Shown one piece after another: positions 11,950-24,369 of a stretch of DNA of 64,000 nt. Source of the stretch: Eledone cirrhosa (Eukaryota). Under the pieces are notes generated by a model. The model had not been told where the DNA came from. It searched no databases and saw nothing but the letters and a program-made list of their open reading frames with translations. A program made the translations under genes and the position numbers. Positions within the stretch are counted from its first letter, which is position 1, and each line of letters starts with the position of its first letter. The stretch covers positions 50,034,001-50,098,000 of the forward strand of contig OZ024747.1 in assembly GCA_964016885.1 (NCBI GenBank). Reading direction: 5' to 3'.

Positions 11950-13110
11950 TAAACCTTTTGCTTATCTAGAGAAGCCTTTGACAGAGGACCAAGACTACCA
12001 TCTGGTGGCCCTTAAGGAAATTAGGGGTAAAAAAATTACTTGTAAGAACAATGACAGCCCTGTAGAAAGAAGCTGTCAGTAAAGTGAGAGTAGGAAGTGA
12101 GTTTAGTGAGGAATTCGAAATACATGTTGGAGTATATCAGGGCTCAGTTCTTAACCCACTTCCATCTACTATAGACCATAAGAGAGGTGTTTAAGACAGG
12201 TTATCCATGGGAACTTCTGTATGCTGATGATCTGGTCCTTATAGCTGAATTTGTGGAGGGACTACAGATGAAATTCCAGCGGTGGAAACAGAACTTAGAA
12301 GCAAAAAGGCTGAGAATAACCTTAACAAAAAACAAAGTGTTAGTAAGTAAAAAAGAAGATGGGGCCCTGATCCTATCAGGAAAGTGACTCTGCTTGATAT
12401 GTAGAAAAGAAGTTGATAGAAACTCTATACAATGTGCACAATGTAAATCTTGGATACACAAGAGGTGTAGTATGATAGCAGACTGACAGATGAGGTAGAC
12501 ATCGTATGTAACAGATAAACAGAGATAGTTGGTAGTGAGAGAATCAATGAAAAAAAAACTATTTCCAATCCCAGGAAGGTTCCATAGATGTGGTTGATAG
12601 CTTCTGTTGCATAGGTGATCAAATTAGCAATGGAGGAGGTAGCATTGCGAGCATAGTAGCAGGAAAAAGGATAGGTGGGAAAAAGTTTAGGGAGCTTCTA
12701 CTTCTGTTGACAACAAAAGGTTTCTCTCTATGAACAAAAGATTGGCTGTATGATGCCTGTGTATGGTGAGATACAGACAGTAAGTGCATGGCATATGAGG
12801 AAGGCTGGAAAGAAATGAAGTGAACATGCTTTGATGTATATGCATTGTTAATGCATGTGAATGACAAATCAATGATGAACTGAGAGAAAAACAGGATACA
12901 AGAAGAATAAGATGTAGTGAGCAAGAGAGAAAACTGTATTTGTATGGACATGTGGTGCATATGGGTGATGATAACTGGGTGAAGAAGTGCTAAGAAATCC
13001 CAGTTGGAAGGAAGACGCAGTAAAGGATGATCAAGAAAGACCTGCGCAGGGCAGATGGGGGTAAGGGCTGATCTCAAATCACTGAATCTCATGGAGGAGA
13101 TAATGAATGA
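11950..13110 (+). mobile_element. Degenerate RTE-clade LINE (RT fragment)
   Basis: LEKPLT, QGSVL, KTGYPWELLYADDLVLIAE, WKKFRELLLLLTTKGFSL; many stops. Confidence 0.88.
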
Positions 13111-13159
13111 ATATGATGTTGATGATGACGCTTTCTACACACACACACACACATATATA

Positions 13160-13334
13160 TGTGAGTCCCGGGTTCAATCGGGTGTAACCAAAGGAAGTAA
13201 GGTACTCAATACATAAGTAGAGTGTATATAACAAATCTAATATAGAAATGGCTTCTACAGGACTAGAACTGTTTCATTCAAATGAAACAATTCTAGTCTT
13301 TTAGAAGCCATTTCTATATTAGATTTGTTATATA
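13160..13334 (-). mobile_element. Penelope-like terminal-repeat fragment with 54-bp fold-back (13225-13334) and 3' half of a hammerhead
   Basis: Inverted arms with 3 mismatches; minus strand reads GAA-ACAG-ttctagtc-CTGT-A; shares gtactcaata...agtagagtg with 47800. Confidence 0.6.
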
Positions 13335-13342
13335 TATATAAC

Positions 13343-13692
13343 ATCATCATCATCATCATCATCATCATCACCGTTTTACGTCTGTTCTTCCACGCTAGCA
13401 TGGGTTAGATGGGTTGTCCTGTTGTGGGCAGTGTCCGGTCGGCTGACGTTGTCTTGCTCATACGGGAACTGATTCTGGCTTGATTTCTACAGCTGGATGC
13501 CCTTCCTAACACCAACCTCATTTACAGTGAGTGCTGGGTTCTTTTTTCCATGGCACCTCCACGACCACTTTGCAGTGGAATGATAGGGACCCCAGTCCTT
13601 ATCATCTCATTTCTACAGCTGAGTAAACTGGAGCAATGTGAAATAAAGTGTCTTGCTCAAGGAAACAACACATCACCTGGTCTGAGAATTGC
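13343..13692 (-). mobile_element. SINE family B, long-tail variant, 5'-truncated
   Basis: Family B core plus the longer RTE tail. Confidence 0.85.
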
Positions 13693-13954
13693 AAGCCCAA
13701 ATATATATATATATATATATTATAGTGTTTATTTATGTTCATACACAGAACACAGGTGCTACCCAAGGTTTCAAGGTTTAACCATACCTCCAGAATACAA
13801 GGGACATCTAATTAGTGACATTTCTTCAGGTGTATAAATTTAACATAAATAAATAATATAATATTTCTGCTCTCTTCTCGATTGAGCACTGTTTTCCTTT
13901 TCCCTTTTCATCTATGGATATTGTTACACACATTTTTTTGATATATATATATAT

Positions 13955-14335
13955 ATGGCTTAGTGGTTAGAGCATTGGGCTTGCAATCGAAAGGTTGTGA
14001 GTTCAATTCTCAGACTGGGTGATGTGTTGTTTCCTTGAGCAAGACACTTTATTTCACATTGTTCCAGTTTACTCAGCTGTAGAAATGAGATGATAGGGAC
14101 TGGGGTCCATATCATTCCACTGCAAAGAGGTCGTGGAGGTGCCACGGCAAAAAGGCACCCAGCACTCACTGTAAATGAGGTTGGTGTTAGGAAGGGCATC
14201 CAGCTGTAGAAATCAAGCCAGAATCAGTTCCCATATGAGCAAGACAAGGTCAGCCGACTGGACTTTGCCCACAACAGGAAAACCCGTCTAACACATGCTA
14301 GCGTGGAAGAACAGACGTAAAACGGTGATGATGAT
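13955..14335 (+). mobile_element. SINE family B, long-tail variant
   Basis: atggcttagtggttagagc head through to acgtaaaacggtgatgatga. Confidence 0.88.
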
Positions 14336-14744
14336 ATATATATATATCCACTCACACACACACATGTAAACACATATGCATAAGCAATTATATAATTAAA
14401 TGCGTGTATGTGTGTAATAAACAGTTACAATATTGAATATCAATCATATTGATGTTCTATGTTTGTAGATAATATATTTCAACAATTTGATTGAAAACAT
14501 TACATTTAAAACTATATGACATATACATGTGTACGTAAATATATGAGCATACGTGAGTGCCTGTATGTATATATTGCGGCTCAGTAGTTACCGATGATGT
14601 TGATCTTTTCTTCTTTTTGGGTTATAGCTACTGTCGCTCAGAGAGTGGGATTGGCTCAGTGCACAGTCTTTCTTCACTTTGAAAAATATCTTCACGCACA
14701 GGCATTGCATGATAGAATTAATTAATAATTATTAATAATGGTAA

Positions 14745-14786
14745 ATCGTTCAATGACCATACTCGATAACGAGGGGGCAGCCATCA
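14745..14786 (+). mobile_element. Short LINE (RTE/BovB-like) 3' terminus; second copy at 16470-16508
   Basis: aatgaccatactcgataacgagggggcagccatcat with a CTCG-ATAA-CGAG mini stem; duplicated in the window. Confidence 0.45.
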
Positions 14787-14799
14787 TATATATATATAT

Positions 14800-15095
14800 A
14801 TTTGTAGAGCGAGAGACTCCTAGTCTTCATTAAGACATCTCTCTAGGAGAAGGTCACTCTGATATAAAATCTACGACTTCATTTGCATCCAATGATGTAG
14901 ACCAGTTCATCTTTTTGGGTAAATGCATTCGCTGTTCAAGAGTCAGATTGGACCTATGCAAAAACAAGGTATCTCTTGATATGTGACAGCTTTTGCAATA
15001 TATGGTTTTTTTCAGCCATAAGAAAGTCCCTAGCAGGACTAAAAAGCCATATCCATAATGCTCATACTTAAGTATCAAGCAAAGGCATTACTCGA
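14800..15095 (-). mobile_element. Possible L1/Tx1-like ORF2 C-terminal remnant
   Basis: ORF 14854-15078 (FLWLKKTIYCK...LFLHRSNLTLEQRMHLPKK) weakly resembles the 36280 fragment. Confidence 0.3.
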
Positions 15096-15128
15096 AATCA
15101 AGCTGCAGCCATCATCATCATCATCATT

Positions 15129-15166
<38 letters not shown>

Positions 15167-15180
15167 CATCATCATCATCA

Positions 15181-15429
15181 CTTCGCAGTCATAATGTGAG
15201 ACCAGTGGTTGACTACCAGGCTGCTGTTGGAGATGCTACTCATCATGCCTGCCAAGCATCTGGTAGAGAATGTAAATCAGCAGGAGGGCTCAAACGACAT
15301 GCAAAAGTACATGAACTCCAACCACAGCCGGCTATTCCCAGTGAATGTTTTGGTTGCCAACATTTGGTTGCAAGACATTTTAGATCATTGGCTGGGCTAA
15401 AAAGCCACATTCGATCAGAGCGCTGTTAA
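15181..15429 (+). mobile_element. LINE C-terminal C2H2-like zinc-finger remnant (RTE/BovB-type)
   Basis: CQASGRECKSAGGLKRHAKVH and CQH...FRSLAGLKSHIR. Confidence 0.55.
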
Positions 15430-15544
15430 TTGCTATTGTGTGTGTATGTAGATATGTTTATGTGTGTGTGTGTGTATATATATATATGTATATCATTATT
15501 GTTGTTGTCGTTATTATTATTATTGTTATTATTATTATTATTAT

Positions 15545-16360
15545 AGTTGCATTTATCTTGCTTTATGTTCATACGAGTTATCACCAAGTCACAACCAGTG
15601 ACCTCAAGAGACAACAAGGTCCGCCATGTTCAAGAAAGAACATACATACACACACATGCATCTTTAGGTGTTTAGACTTGTGATGTACTTATATTGACAG
15701 AATCTTCCTTAGTATATGGACAGTTCCCATTAGTACTATCTTTTGTATTTCTCCTATACGCAGATTTCCTGGGATTTGCGATAAATAATCATTAGACCCC
15801 TTAGGTATCATTCCCAGAGCGCCTACAACCACTGGTATTGTTTTAGTTCTCAATTTCCACATTTTCCAATTTCTATCTCCAGGTCCTTATACTTGCTCAA
15901 TTTTTCAAATGTTTTTATAGATGCATTCTTGTCTATTGGAACGGACATACCAATTAGCAGGCATACCCTCTTTTTAAAGTCCTTCAATATTATATCAGGT
16001 CTATTTGCATCTATTTTTAGGTCTGTTTGGATGCTAAAGTTCCACAAGATTGAGATGTGATCTTTTTCAAGTATGGGAGGTGGTTGATGCTCCCACCAAT
16101 TCTTTTGATGGGGCAGGTCAAAAGGCTTACACATTATCCAATGTATGTATTGTGCAGCTCTGTCATGCCTGTTTAGGTATTCGGTTGGAGCTATAGGACT
16201 GCACATTGAAATTATATGGTCAATGGTCTCTGGTTGTTTTTTGCATACACGGCATAATAGGTTGCATCCATTTTTTATTATGTTGGCTTGGTAATTTTTT
16301 GTTGGCAGACACTGATCTTGTGCTGATATAATCAGTCCTTCAGTCTCCGATTTCAGTCCA
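15545..16360 (-). mobile_element. R4/Dong-like non-LTR retrotransposon 3' end with restriction-enzyme-like endonuclease
   Basis: CRVCKKQPETIDHIISMC zinc knuckle; RHDRAAQYIHW; ILWNFSIQTD..NRPDIILKD..LIGMSVP..KLSKYKDL; (TTA)n on both sides. Confidence 0.85.
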
Positions 16361-16377
16361 GTATTATTATTATTATT

Positions 16378-16440
16378 AAAATAAAGTACCAGTAATGCAC
16401 TGAGTAATTGCTGGCCTTGTGCCTAAAGTAGAAACAATTA
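16378..16440 (+). mobile_element. SINE family A 3' fragment
   Basis: aaataaagtaccagtaatgcactg...agtagaaacaatt. Confidence 0.8.
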
Positions 16441-16649
16441 TTATTATTATTATTATTATTTTTTTTTTGTGCAATGGCCATACGTGATAACAAGGGGGCA
16501 GCCATCATGTATGTATGTATGTATGTATGTATGTATGTATGTATGTATGTATGTATGTATGTATGTATGTATGTATGCATGTATATATACTCTTTCTCTC
16601 CATATCTATCTGTTTTTGACAATCTTTTCTCTCTTGCTCACTTCATCAT

Positions 16650-17890
16650 CCTTATAATCGTTTTAATGTCTGTTTTTCCGTGCTTGCATGGGTTGGATGG
16701 ATTCTTTTCACCACAGCATCTCTCCACACACCACATTCCTTTGTCTCAGCAATTTGAGATCAGCTCTCACCACCTTTGTCCATGTTTTTCTTGGTCTACC
16801 TCTACTGTGGCTTCCTGGCACTGGAATTTCCTGGTACTTCTTCACCTGGCAATCATCATCCATGCACATCATACACATCACATGTCCGTACCAATGCTGT
16901 ATTCTCTCTTGCACACTTCTTCAGATTCCTCTTAAGCCTGTTTCTCCCACAGTTCATCCAAGCTTTGCCCTTCTCTCATATATTTATTGTACTTCCAAAG
17001 CATGTTTACTTCATTTCTCTCCAGTCTACACATGTCCTCTGTAGTCACTACCTATATTTCTCTACCATGCAGCATTGCACTTTCCACACAAGCATCATAC
17101 AGTTGTCTTTTTGTACATAGGGAGAAATCTTTTGTTGTCAACAATGGGAGTAGCTCTCTAAGCTTCTTCCATCCTATCTTTATTCTAGCTCTTATACTCT
17201 CAGAGCACTCTCCTGCATTGCTAATTAAGTCACCTAGATAACAAAAGCTATCACCACGTCTATGGATCTGTGGTTGGAGAAGATTTATTTCATTGACACT
17301 CTTCTCCTTAATTTCTCCTGTGTATCTTTTACATACAAAGTCTTTCCTTCCTCTTAGTCTACCTGTTATCCCACTACATCTATTGTGTACCCTAGATTTA
17401 TATTGTGTACATTGTATGGAGTTTATGCCTACTCCTTTTCTACATATTAAGCAGGGCCACTTCCTTGAGAGAATTAGGGTCCTATCTTCTTTCCTACTTA
17501 CTAGCACTTTAGTTTTGGCTAACTTTTCTCTCAGTTCTTTTGATTTCAAATTTTGTTTCCATAGTCTGAACTTATTTTCTAGTTCTTTTGTGGATTCAGC
17601 TATAAGATCTTTCACATAGAAGAGTTCCCTTGGACAGCCAGTTTTCACACCTCTGTTATGGCTTGGAGGACAATGATGAATAGCAGTGGGCTGAGAACAG
17701 GAACCCAATGGACTACCTGCACCTTGAACTCAGTTCCTACTCTCACTGACAGCTCCTCTGAATATGGCTGGCACTGTTCTGATGCGCCATTCTTCTACAC
17801 CTAGTTTCTTTAACGACAACCAGATTATAGATTCAGTTACTCTGTCAAAGGCTTTTTCTAGCTCAACAAAAGCTAAATATAGTGGCATAT
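16650..17890 (-). mobile_element. Degenerate RTE LINE
   Basis: AFVELEKAFDRV; KWPCLICRKGVGINSIQC; FCYLGD; WKKLRELLPLLTTK; WYGHVMCM; RGRPRKTW. Confidence 0.9.
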
Positions 17891-17899
17891 TCTTGGATA

Positions 17900-18378
17900 T
17901 AACAGAAGAGTTTAAAACAGGATACCCTTGGGAACTCCTGTATACCAATGATCTAACTCTCATAGCTGAATCTATGACAGGACTAGAGAAAAAATTCCTG
18001 ATCTGGAATCATAACCTGGAATCAAAAGGTCTTAAAGTCAACTTGGTTAAGACTAAAGTCCTAGTAAGTAGTAACGAAAACAAGGCCCTGATCCCTTCTT
18101 GGAAATGGCCCTGCTCAGTGTGTAGGAAAGAGGTGGGTAGAAATTCCATTCTCTGTCCCAAATGCCAGCTGTTTGTAGCAGGATATTTTGTAGGCTAGCA
18201 AAGAACGTAGGTTTTACATGTGGGTGTTGCATAGGAGCAGTAAGCAGCAAACGCTCACAGGAAACAAGGAAATAAGGCCTGTATGAGTAAGACACTCATC
18301 TGATCAGGCTTGTCTCACGACAGGAGAAGTTGTTTAACCCATGCTAGCATGGAAAATGGACATTAAACAATGATGATA
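17900..18378 (+). mobile_element. RTE LINE fragment plus tail, opposite orientation to the adjacent copy
   Basis: ITEEFKTGYPWELLYTNDLTLIAES...WPCSVCRKEVGRNSILCPKC. Confidence 0.85.
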
Positions 18379-18482
18379 ATATATATATATATATATATAT
18401 ACAAACATGTATTTTACTATTGTAAGTCCAACCTCCTAATCACTAAGCTATGCACCTTTGTGTTTTTAAGGATGGACTATAT

Positions 18483-19855
18483 ATCATCATCATCATCGTT
18501 TAACGTCTCTCTTCCACACTAGCATAGGTTAGATGGGAATTGTCCCACTTGAGGCAAGATTGATCGGGTGACTGTGTCTCGCTTGTATAGGACTATATCT
18601 GATAGGTTTTCTGTGGTTGGATGCCCTTCCTAACACCAACCACATTTACAGTGTGGACTAAGAGCCTTTTTACCATGACTTCTACAAAACCACTATACAG
18701 TGTGGACTGGGTGTTTTTTTTTGTCGTGACACCTACACGACCTCTTTAGTTTGGACTGGATGTTGTGGTACCAACATAACTTTACGGAGAAAGGGTGGTG
18801 TTGGTTGGAGTGGGAGGATGGAGTAGGGGTAGTGGGTTGTGGTGTATATTTGGTTAAGAGGAGCCTACTGACTGTAGGTTAATTTTACACGTAGGGAAGG
18901 CAGGTCTTCTGTATTACTGCGTAGCACCAAAGATCTCGATCTAGTGACATTGTCTTAGAGAGGTGTAATTGTGCAAGGTCGGATTTTATCAAGTTGTCCC
19001 AGGTTTTTCTGGGTCTACATACTCCATAACTTCCATCAATTTTGATTGCCCTGCAATTTTTTATACAGCTGTCATCTTTCATGACCATACCAATGTAATC
19101 TTCTCTCAAGTAAACAGCATCTGATCCCTCTTATTCCTAATTTTTCACTTAGTTTGTTTATGTTTTGCCGCTCGTGTATATTACACATCCAACGGAGCAT
19201 GCATGCTTCGTTCCTTTCCAATCTGCGTAGATCCTCTGCACACAATGCCCATGTCTCACTGCTATGTAGCATTGCTGTTCATATATAAGCATCATACAAT
19301 CTGCCTTTCATTTTCAGAGAGAAACCTTTTGTGGTCAACAGTGGTATAAGCTCTCTGAACTTTTTCCATCTCATTCTAATTCTGGCTACTGTACTTTCAG
19401 AGTACCCTCCACCACTGCTGATTTTGTCACCCAGGTAACGGAAGGTGTCCATTATTTCTATAGAACCATCTGGGCAATAGAAGGAGCTAGTATCTTGTGA
19501 GCACTTGCTACTTATTGCACTTGAGCATTGGCCACATATAAAATCTACATTCTTAGATAGCTTGCCTGTGATCCCACTACAACTTTTATGTACCCATAGT
19601 TTGCATTTGGGGCACAGAATGGAATTTCTACCTACTCCTTTCCTACACACTGAGCAAGGTCATTTCCCAGAGGGCACCTGTGCCCTATTTTCCTTTCTAT
19701 ATACTAGAATTTCTTCTCTAGTTCAGCCATAGATTCAGCTATGAGAGTTAGATCATCTGCATATAGAAGTTACCATGGGCAGCTGGTCTTAAACTCCTTT
19801 GTTATAGCCTAAAGGGCAATAATAAACAGGAGGGGGCTCAGGACAGAGCCTTGAT
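18483..19855 (-). mobile_element. RTE LINE, 5'-truncated, with 3' UTR and (ATG)n tail
   Basis: ORFs 19279-19650, 19072-19272 and 18885-19109 carry RTE motifs (FRYLGD, HSSETW, WYGH). Confidence 0.92.
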
Positions 19856-19870
19856 ATATCTATCTATCTA

Positions 19871-19901
<31 letters not shown>

Positions 19902-19984
19902 CATCATCCTCATCATCATCATTATCATCATTTAACATCCATTTTCCACGCTTGCATAGGAAATGTTTGGAATGTGATGATCAA

Positions 19985-20360
19985 AGTTTTTGAATTGAAA
20001 TAGAAATAGCAGCTTCACTGAAACACTACATAACATAGTACAATAATTGTTTCTACTTTTGGAACAAGGCCAGCAATTATCCCAGTGTATTACTGGTACT
20101 TTATTTTATCGACCCCATAAGGATGAAAAGCAAAGTTAACCTCGGCGAGATTTGAACTCAGAATGGCAAGGGCCGTAACTCTATGCGTCAAAGCATAGCA
20201 TCCGACCCTCTACCGATACTGCCAATCCACCATACAATAATGAGGTGTATAAACCCACTGAACAGAAAAAGATAGGTATCAGCACACATGGCAGTCGAAC
20301 CCACACCTCTTATTTGCTGGACAAATGTGTTACCATTACACCAATGAACTCACCCAGTTT
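19985..20360 (-). mobile_element. Third tRNA-related repeat (tRNA-Ala-like head at 20281-20355), interrupted by SINE A; inverted partner copy at 20487-20628
   Basis: Minus strand TGGTGTAATGGTAACAC..CCAGCAA..GGTTCGACTGCC; plus copy ggtgtgggttcaactcccatgtgtgct..gttcagtgggttta..ctatttctatttcaatt. Confidence 0.55.
20046..20230 (-). mobile_element. SINE family A
   Basis: Family A sequence; TSD tacaataat. Confidence 0.9.
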
Positions 20361-20800
20361 TTTCTGTATATTTTAGAAGCTATACCTTAATTGTGATATG
20401 TAAACAAAGGAAATATGTTTGGAATACAGTGAACAAAGTTGTAGAATTGTTTACATATAAATAGTAAGTTTTAACTTCTAATTATAATGGGTGGATTCAT
20501 TAGTAACATGAGAGGTGTGGGTTCAACTCCCATGTGTGCTGTTCAGTGGGTTTAAAGCCCCATTATTGGACTATATTATTTAGTCAATGTTACGGCTATG
20601 CTTCTATTTCTATTTCAATTTTAAAACTATATATATAAATCTTACTCGGGAGGACCCCGTCTGTGTAATTTATGCTCAGAGGAAACGATCTAGATGGTGT
20701 TTGCAAAGGACCAACTGTTAAACAAAAAGGATGAACTTGTTACCTTCCATATACTGTACCGATTGTGTTGTTATTTCTGTTTATCTTTTACATATATATA

Positions 20801-20853
<53 letters not shown>

Positions 20854-20912
20854 AAACTTTCTAGGTGCAAAACCACGGTCATCCGTGACCGTGTGGGGCC
20901 AAAGCAAAAGCG

Positions 20913-20914
<2 letters not shown>

Positions 20915-20943
<29 letters not shown>

Positions 20944-22420
20944 GTCGTCGTTTAACGTCCATCTTCCACGCTTCCATGGGTTTGGACGGGAATTTTCCCA
21001 CTTGAGGCAAGATTGGTTGTCTTGCTCGTATAGGACTGTCTGGCGGGTTTTCTATGGCTGGATGCCCTTCCTAACACCAACCACGTTTACAGTGTGGAAC
21101 TGGGAACTTTTTACCATGTTACCTACACGGGGCCACATTACAGCGTGGACTGTGTGTTTTTTTTGTCGTGACACCTACACGACCTCATTTGTTTCGGACT
21201 GGATATTGTGGTGCCAACATAACTTTACATCGAAAGGGGTGGTGTGGATGGGGTGTGGGTAGTGGGACGGGGGTGTATATTTGGTTAAGAGGTGCCTACT
21301 GACTGTAGTAGGTTTCGCTTTGTACTTAGGCAAGGCGGGTCTTCTGTATTACTGCGTAGCGCCAAAGATCTCGGTCCAGTGACATTGTCTTGGAGAGGTG
21401 TAAGTGTGTAAGGTCGGAATTTATCAAGTCGTCCCAGGTTTTTCTGGGTCTTTATACTCTCTGGCTACCATCTATTTTTATCGGCCTGCACTTTTTTATA
21501 CAGCTGTCGTCTTTCATGCGCATCACGTGACCGTACCAACATAGTCTTCTCTCGAGTAAACAACATCTGATCCCTCTTATTCCTAATTTCTCCCTCAGTT
21601 CATTTATGCTTTGCCGTTCACATATATTACTATTTCACATCCAGCAGAGCATGCAAGCTTTGTTCCTCTCCAGTCTGCGTATATCCTCTGTACACAATGC
21701 CCAAGTCTCACTGCCATGTAACATTGCTGTTCGTATGCAGGCATCATACAGCCTGCCTTTCATTTTTAGAGAGAACCCTTTAGCAGCCAATAGTGTTATA
21801 AGCTCTCTGAACTTTTTCCATCCCGTTCTGACTCTAGCTACTGTACTTTCAGAGCACCCTCCACCACTGCTGATTTTGTCACCCAGGTAACGGAAGGTGT
21901 CCACTATTTCTATAGAACCATCTGTGCAATGGAATGAGCTAGTATTCTGTGGGCACTTGCTGCTACTTATTGCACCTGAGCACCGGCCACATATAAAATC
22001 TATATTCTTAGTTAGCTTATCTGTGATCTTTTAAGCACCCATACTTTTAAGCACCCATACTTTGCATTTGGGACATAAAATGGAGTTTCTGCTGACTCCT
22101 TTCCTACACACTGAGCATGGCCATTTCCCAGATGGGACCGCTGTTCTATTTTCCTTCCTACAAACTAGAACTTTAGTCTTAGACAGGTTAATTTTAAGGC
22201 CTTTTGATTCTAGGCCATGCTTCCATGTTTGGAGTTTCTTCTCTAGTTCAGCCATTGATTCAGCTATGAGCATTAGATCATCTGCGTATAGGAGTTCCCA
22301 TGGGCAGCCGGTCTTGAACTCTTCTGTTATAGCCTGAAGGGCAATAATAAATAGTAGGGGGCTAAGAACGGAGCCCTGATGAACACCAACTTTTACGCTA
22401 AACTCTTCACTATATTTGAA
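20915..22420 (-). mobile_element. RTE LINE, 5'-truncated
   Basis: VHQGSVLSPLLF, YADDL, PHD-like Cys cluster, FRYLGD, MLHGSETW, 3' UTR and (ATG)n tail. Confidence 0.93.
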
Positions 22421-22459
22421 TATATATAAAGAATATATATGTTTTCTTTTTGTTGATTT

Positions 22460-22676
22460 TTAACCCTTTCCTTACCATATTTCTAATAAAATGCTCTTTA
22501 TTTCAATTAATTAATAAAATATTTTGAACAATTTACTCTAATTATTAATTATTTGGTTGGTTCTTATATAAAATTATGTTGGAAGATTTTTAATGAAATA
22601 GGATCCCTTTAAAATTAATGGTTTTGTTTGATAGAACCAGAGTTGGTTTTGGCTGGGTTGGTATAACAAGTGTTAA
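22460..22676. mobile_element. TTAA-flanked MITE-like element (piggyBac-type ends); relatives near 34840-34930, 59890-60070, 60130-60300 and 63200-63415
   Basis: ttaaccctttc ... aagtgttaa; recurring internal tagaaccag...tttggta motif. Confidence 0.5.
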
Positions 22677-22820
22677 ACCAGGAATATAGTTCAGTATGAC
22701 TCTTTGATCAAATAGGTTAAACTGAAATTTATTGCCAAATAGATAGTAATATACATCAGCTATGAAAACAGGATAAGCCATTATATAAATATCTCACATA
22801 GTCACTTATACACATACAGC

Positions 22821-22858
<38 letters not shown>

Positions 22859-23422
22859 GACGCCCACACACACATCACTGAAACATGTTAAAGCTTATAT
22901 ATGTGTGTATTTGTGTATTTGTGTGTGTGTGTGTATTTGTATATTTATGTATTTGTGTATTTGTGTGTGTGTGTATTTGTATATTTGTGTGTGTGTATTT
23001 GTGTGTGTGTGTGTATTAGTATATTTTTGTGTGTGTGTGTGTGTATTTGTATATTTGTGTGCGTGTGTGTCTTTGTGTCACTATACATATTTTATTGATC
23101 TCTATGCGTTAGGCTAACCCTTGCTATCAGGAAAAAACTGACATTAAATGATGGTGATGATGATAGTGGTGGTTGTGATGTGAAATTTTATCATTTTGAC
23201 AACAGATAAAATATATAACCAAGGATAATATTGCATACATAATTTCACCCAGAAATTATGTATTTCTTTCTTTTGCTCCTCAGCCCCCCCCCCCCCCCAT
23301 ACTTCACGTTGGTGAGGAACAGTGCTGGGAAGGTAGACTATATTCACTCTAATATGTTTGATCATATTTAACTTTGTGATTTCAGAATTGATAAGGTTCG
23401 GTTAATATATATATATAAACCT

Positions 23423-23762
23423 ATCATCATCATTTTACGTCCCGTTTTTCCCTGCTTGCAAGGGTGGGACGGGAACTGATTCTGGCTTGATTTCTACAGC
23501 TGGATGCCCTTCCTAACACCAACCTCATTTACAGTGAGTGCTAGGTGCTTTTTTGCCGTGGCGCCTACACGTCCACTTTACAGTGTGGGCTGGGTATTTT
23601 TTTTTTGCCGTGGCACCTTCACGACCACTTTGCAGTGGAATGATAGGGACCCCAGCTGAGTAAAATGGAGCAATGTGAAATAAAGTGTCTTGCTCAAGGA
23701 AACAACACATCATCTGGTCTGAGAATTGAACTCACAACCTTTCGATTGCAAGGCCAATGCTC
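23423..23762 (-). mobile_element. SINE family B
   Basis: Family B sequence, head truncated. Confidence 0.85.
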
Positions 23763-23764
23763 CA

Positions 23765-23970
23765 ATGTTGGAGTCCAATATCAGCTTCTCCACACACTGG
23801 GAAATTGTCGGAGGGCAGCACCGTACAATTTCAAGAGGAAGTGCGACCTTTGCCTCATGGAACTTTACTATATCATAAGAGCACCCCTCGAGCTCATCAA
23901 CAGCAGAGCAAAATCGATGATATACCAATGAAATACCAATGAAGGCTGGAAGATCACTGATGAAGGACTA
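23765..23970 (+). mobile_element. Penelope-like GIY-YIG C-terminal fragment ending in a truncated hammerhead start (CTGATGAAGGACTA)
   Basis: RAAPYNFKRKCDLCLMELYYII...LINSR; CTGATGAAGGACTA is identical to the start of the 58434 motif. Confidence 0.7.
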
Positions 23971-24369
23971 ATTTTATATATATTATATTCATATATATAT
24001 ATATACACACACATAAACATATATAGACATATACACACACAAACATATATATGCATATCCACTCATAAACACATATACACATATACACACGAACATATGT
24101 ATATATATATATATACACTCATATGCATATATACACACAAACATATATACATATATACATATACACACACAAACACATATACATATACACACACAAACAT
24201 ATATATATATATATAAACAAACACATATATGCATATACAGACACAAACATATATATATATACACACACAAAAACAGATATATATACATATACACACACAA
24301 AGACATATATATACACATACACATATATACGTACATGTACACACACAAACACATATATACATATATAGG

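Noticed and set aside
12215-12240. CTGATGA as a hammerhead core (also CTGAAGA at 9042 and 56290)
   Set aside because: The first is the RT YADD codons; none has the downstream stem II-GAAA-UH arrangement.
15181-15429. Host C2H2 zinc-finger gene exon
   Set aside because: Fingers are degenerate, lack TGEKP linkers and splice signals, and fit a LINE C-terminus better.
20281-20355. Functional tRNA-Ala gene
   Set aside because: No convincing acceptor stem and a weak anticodon stem; embedded in a repeated element.
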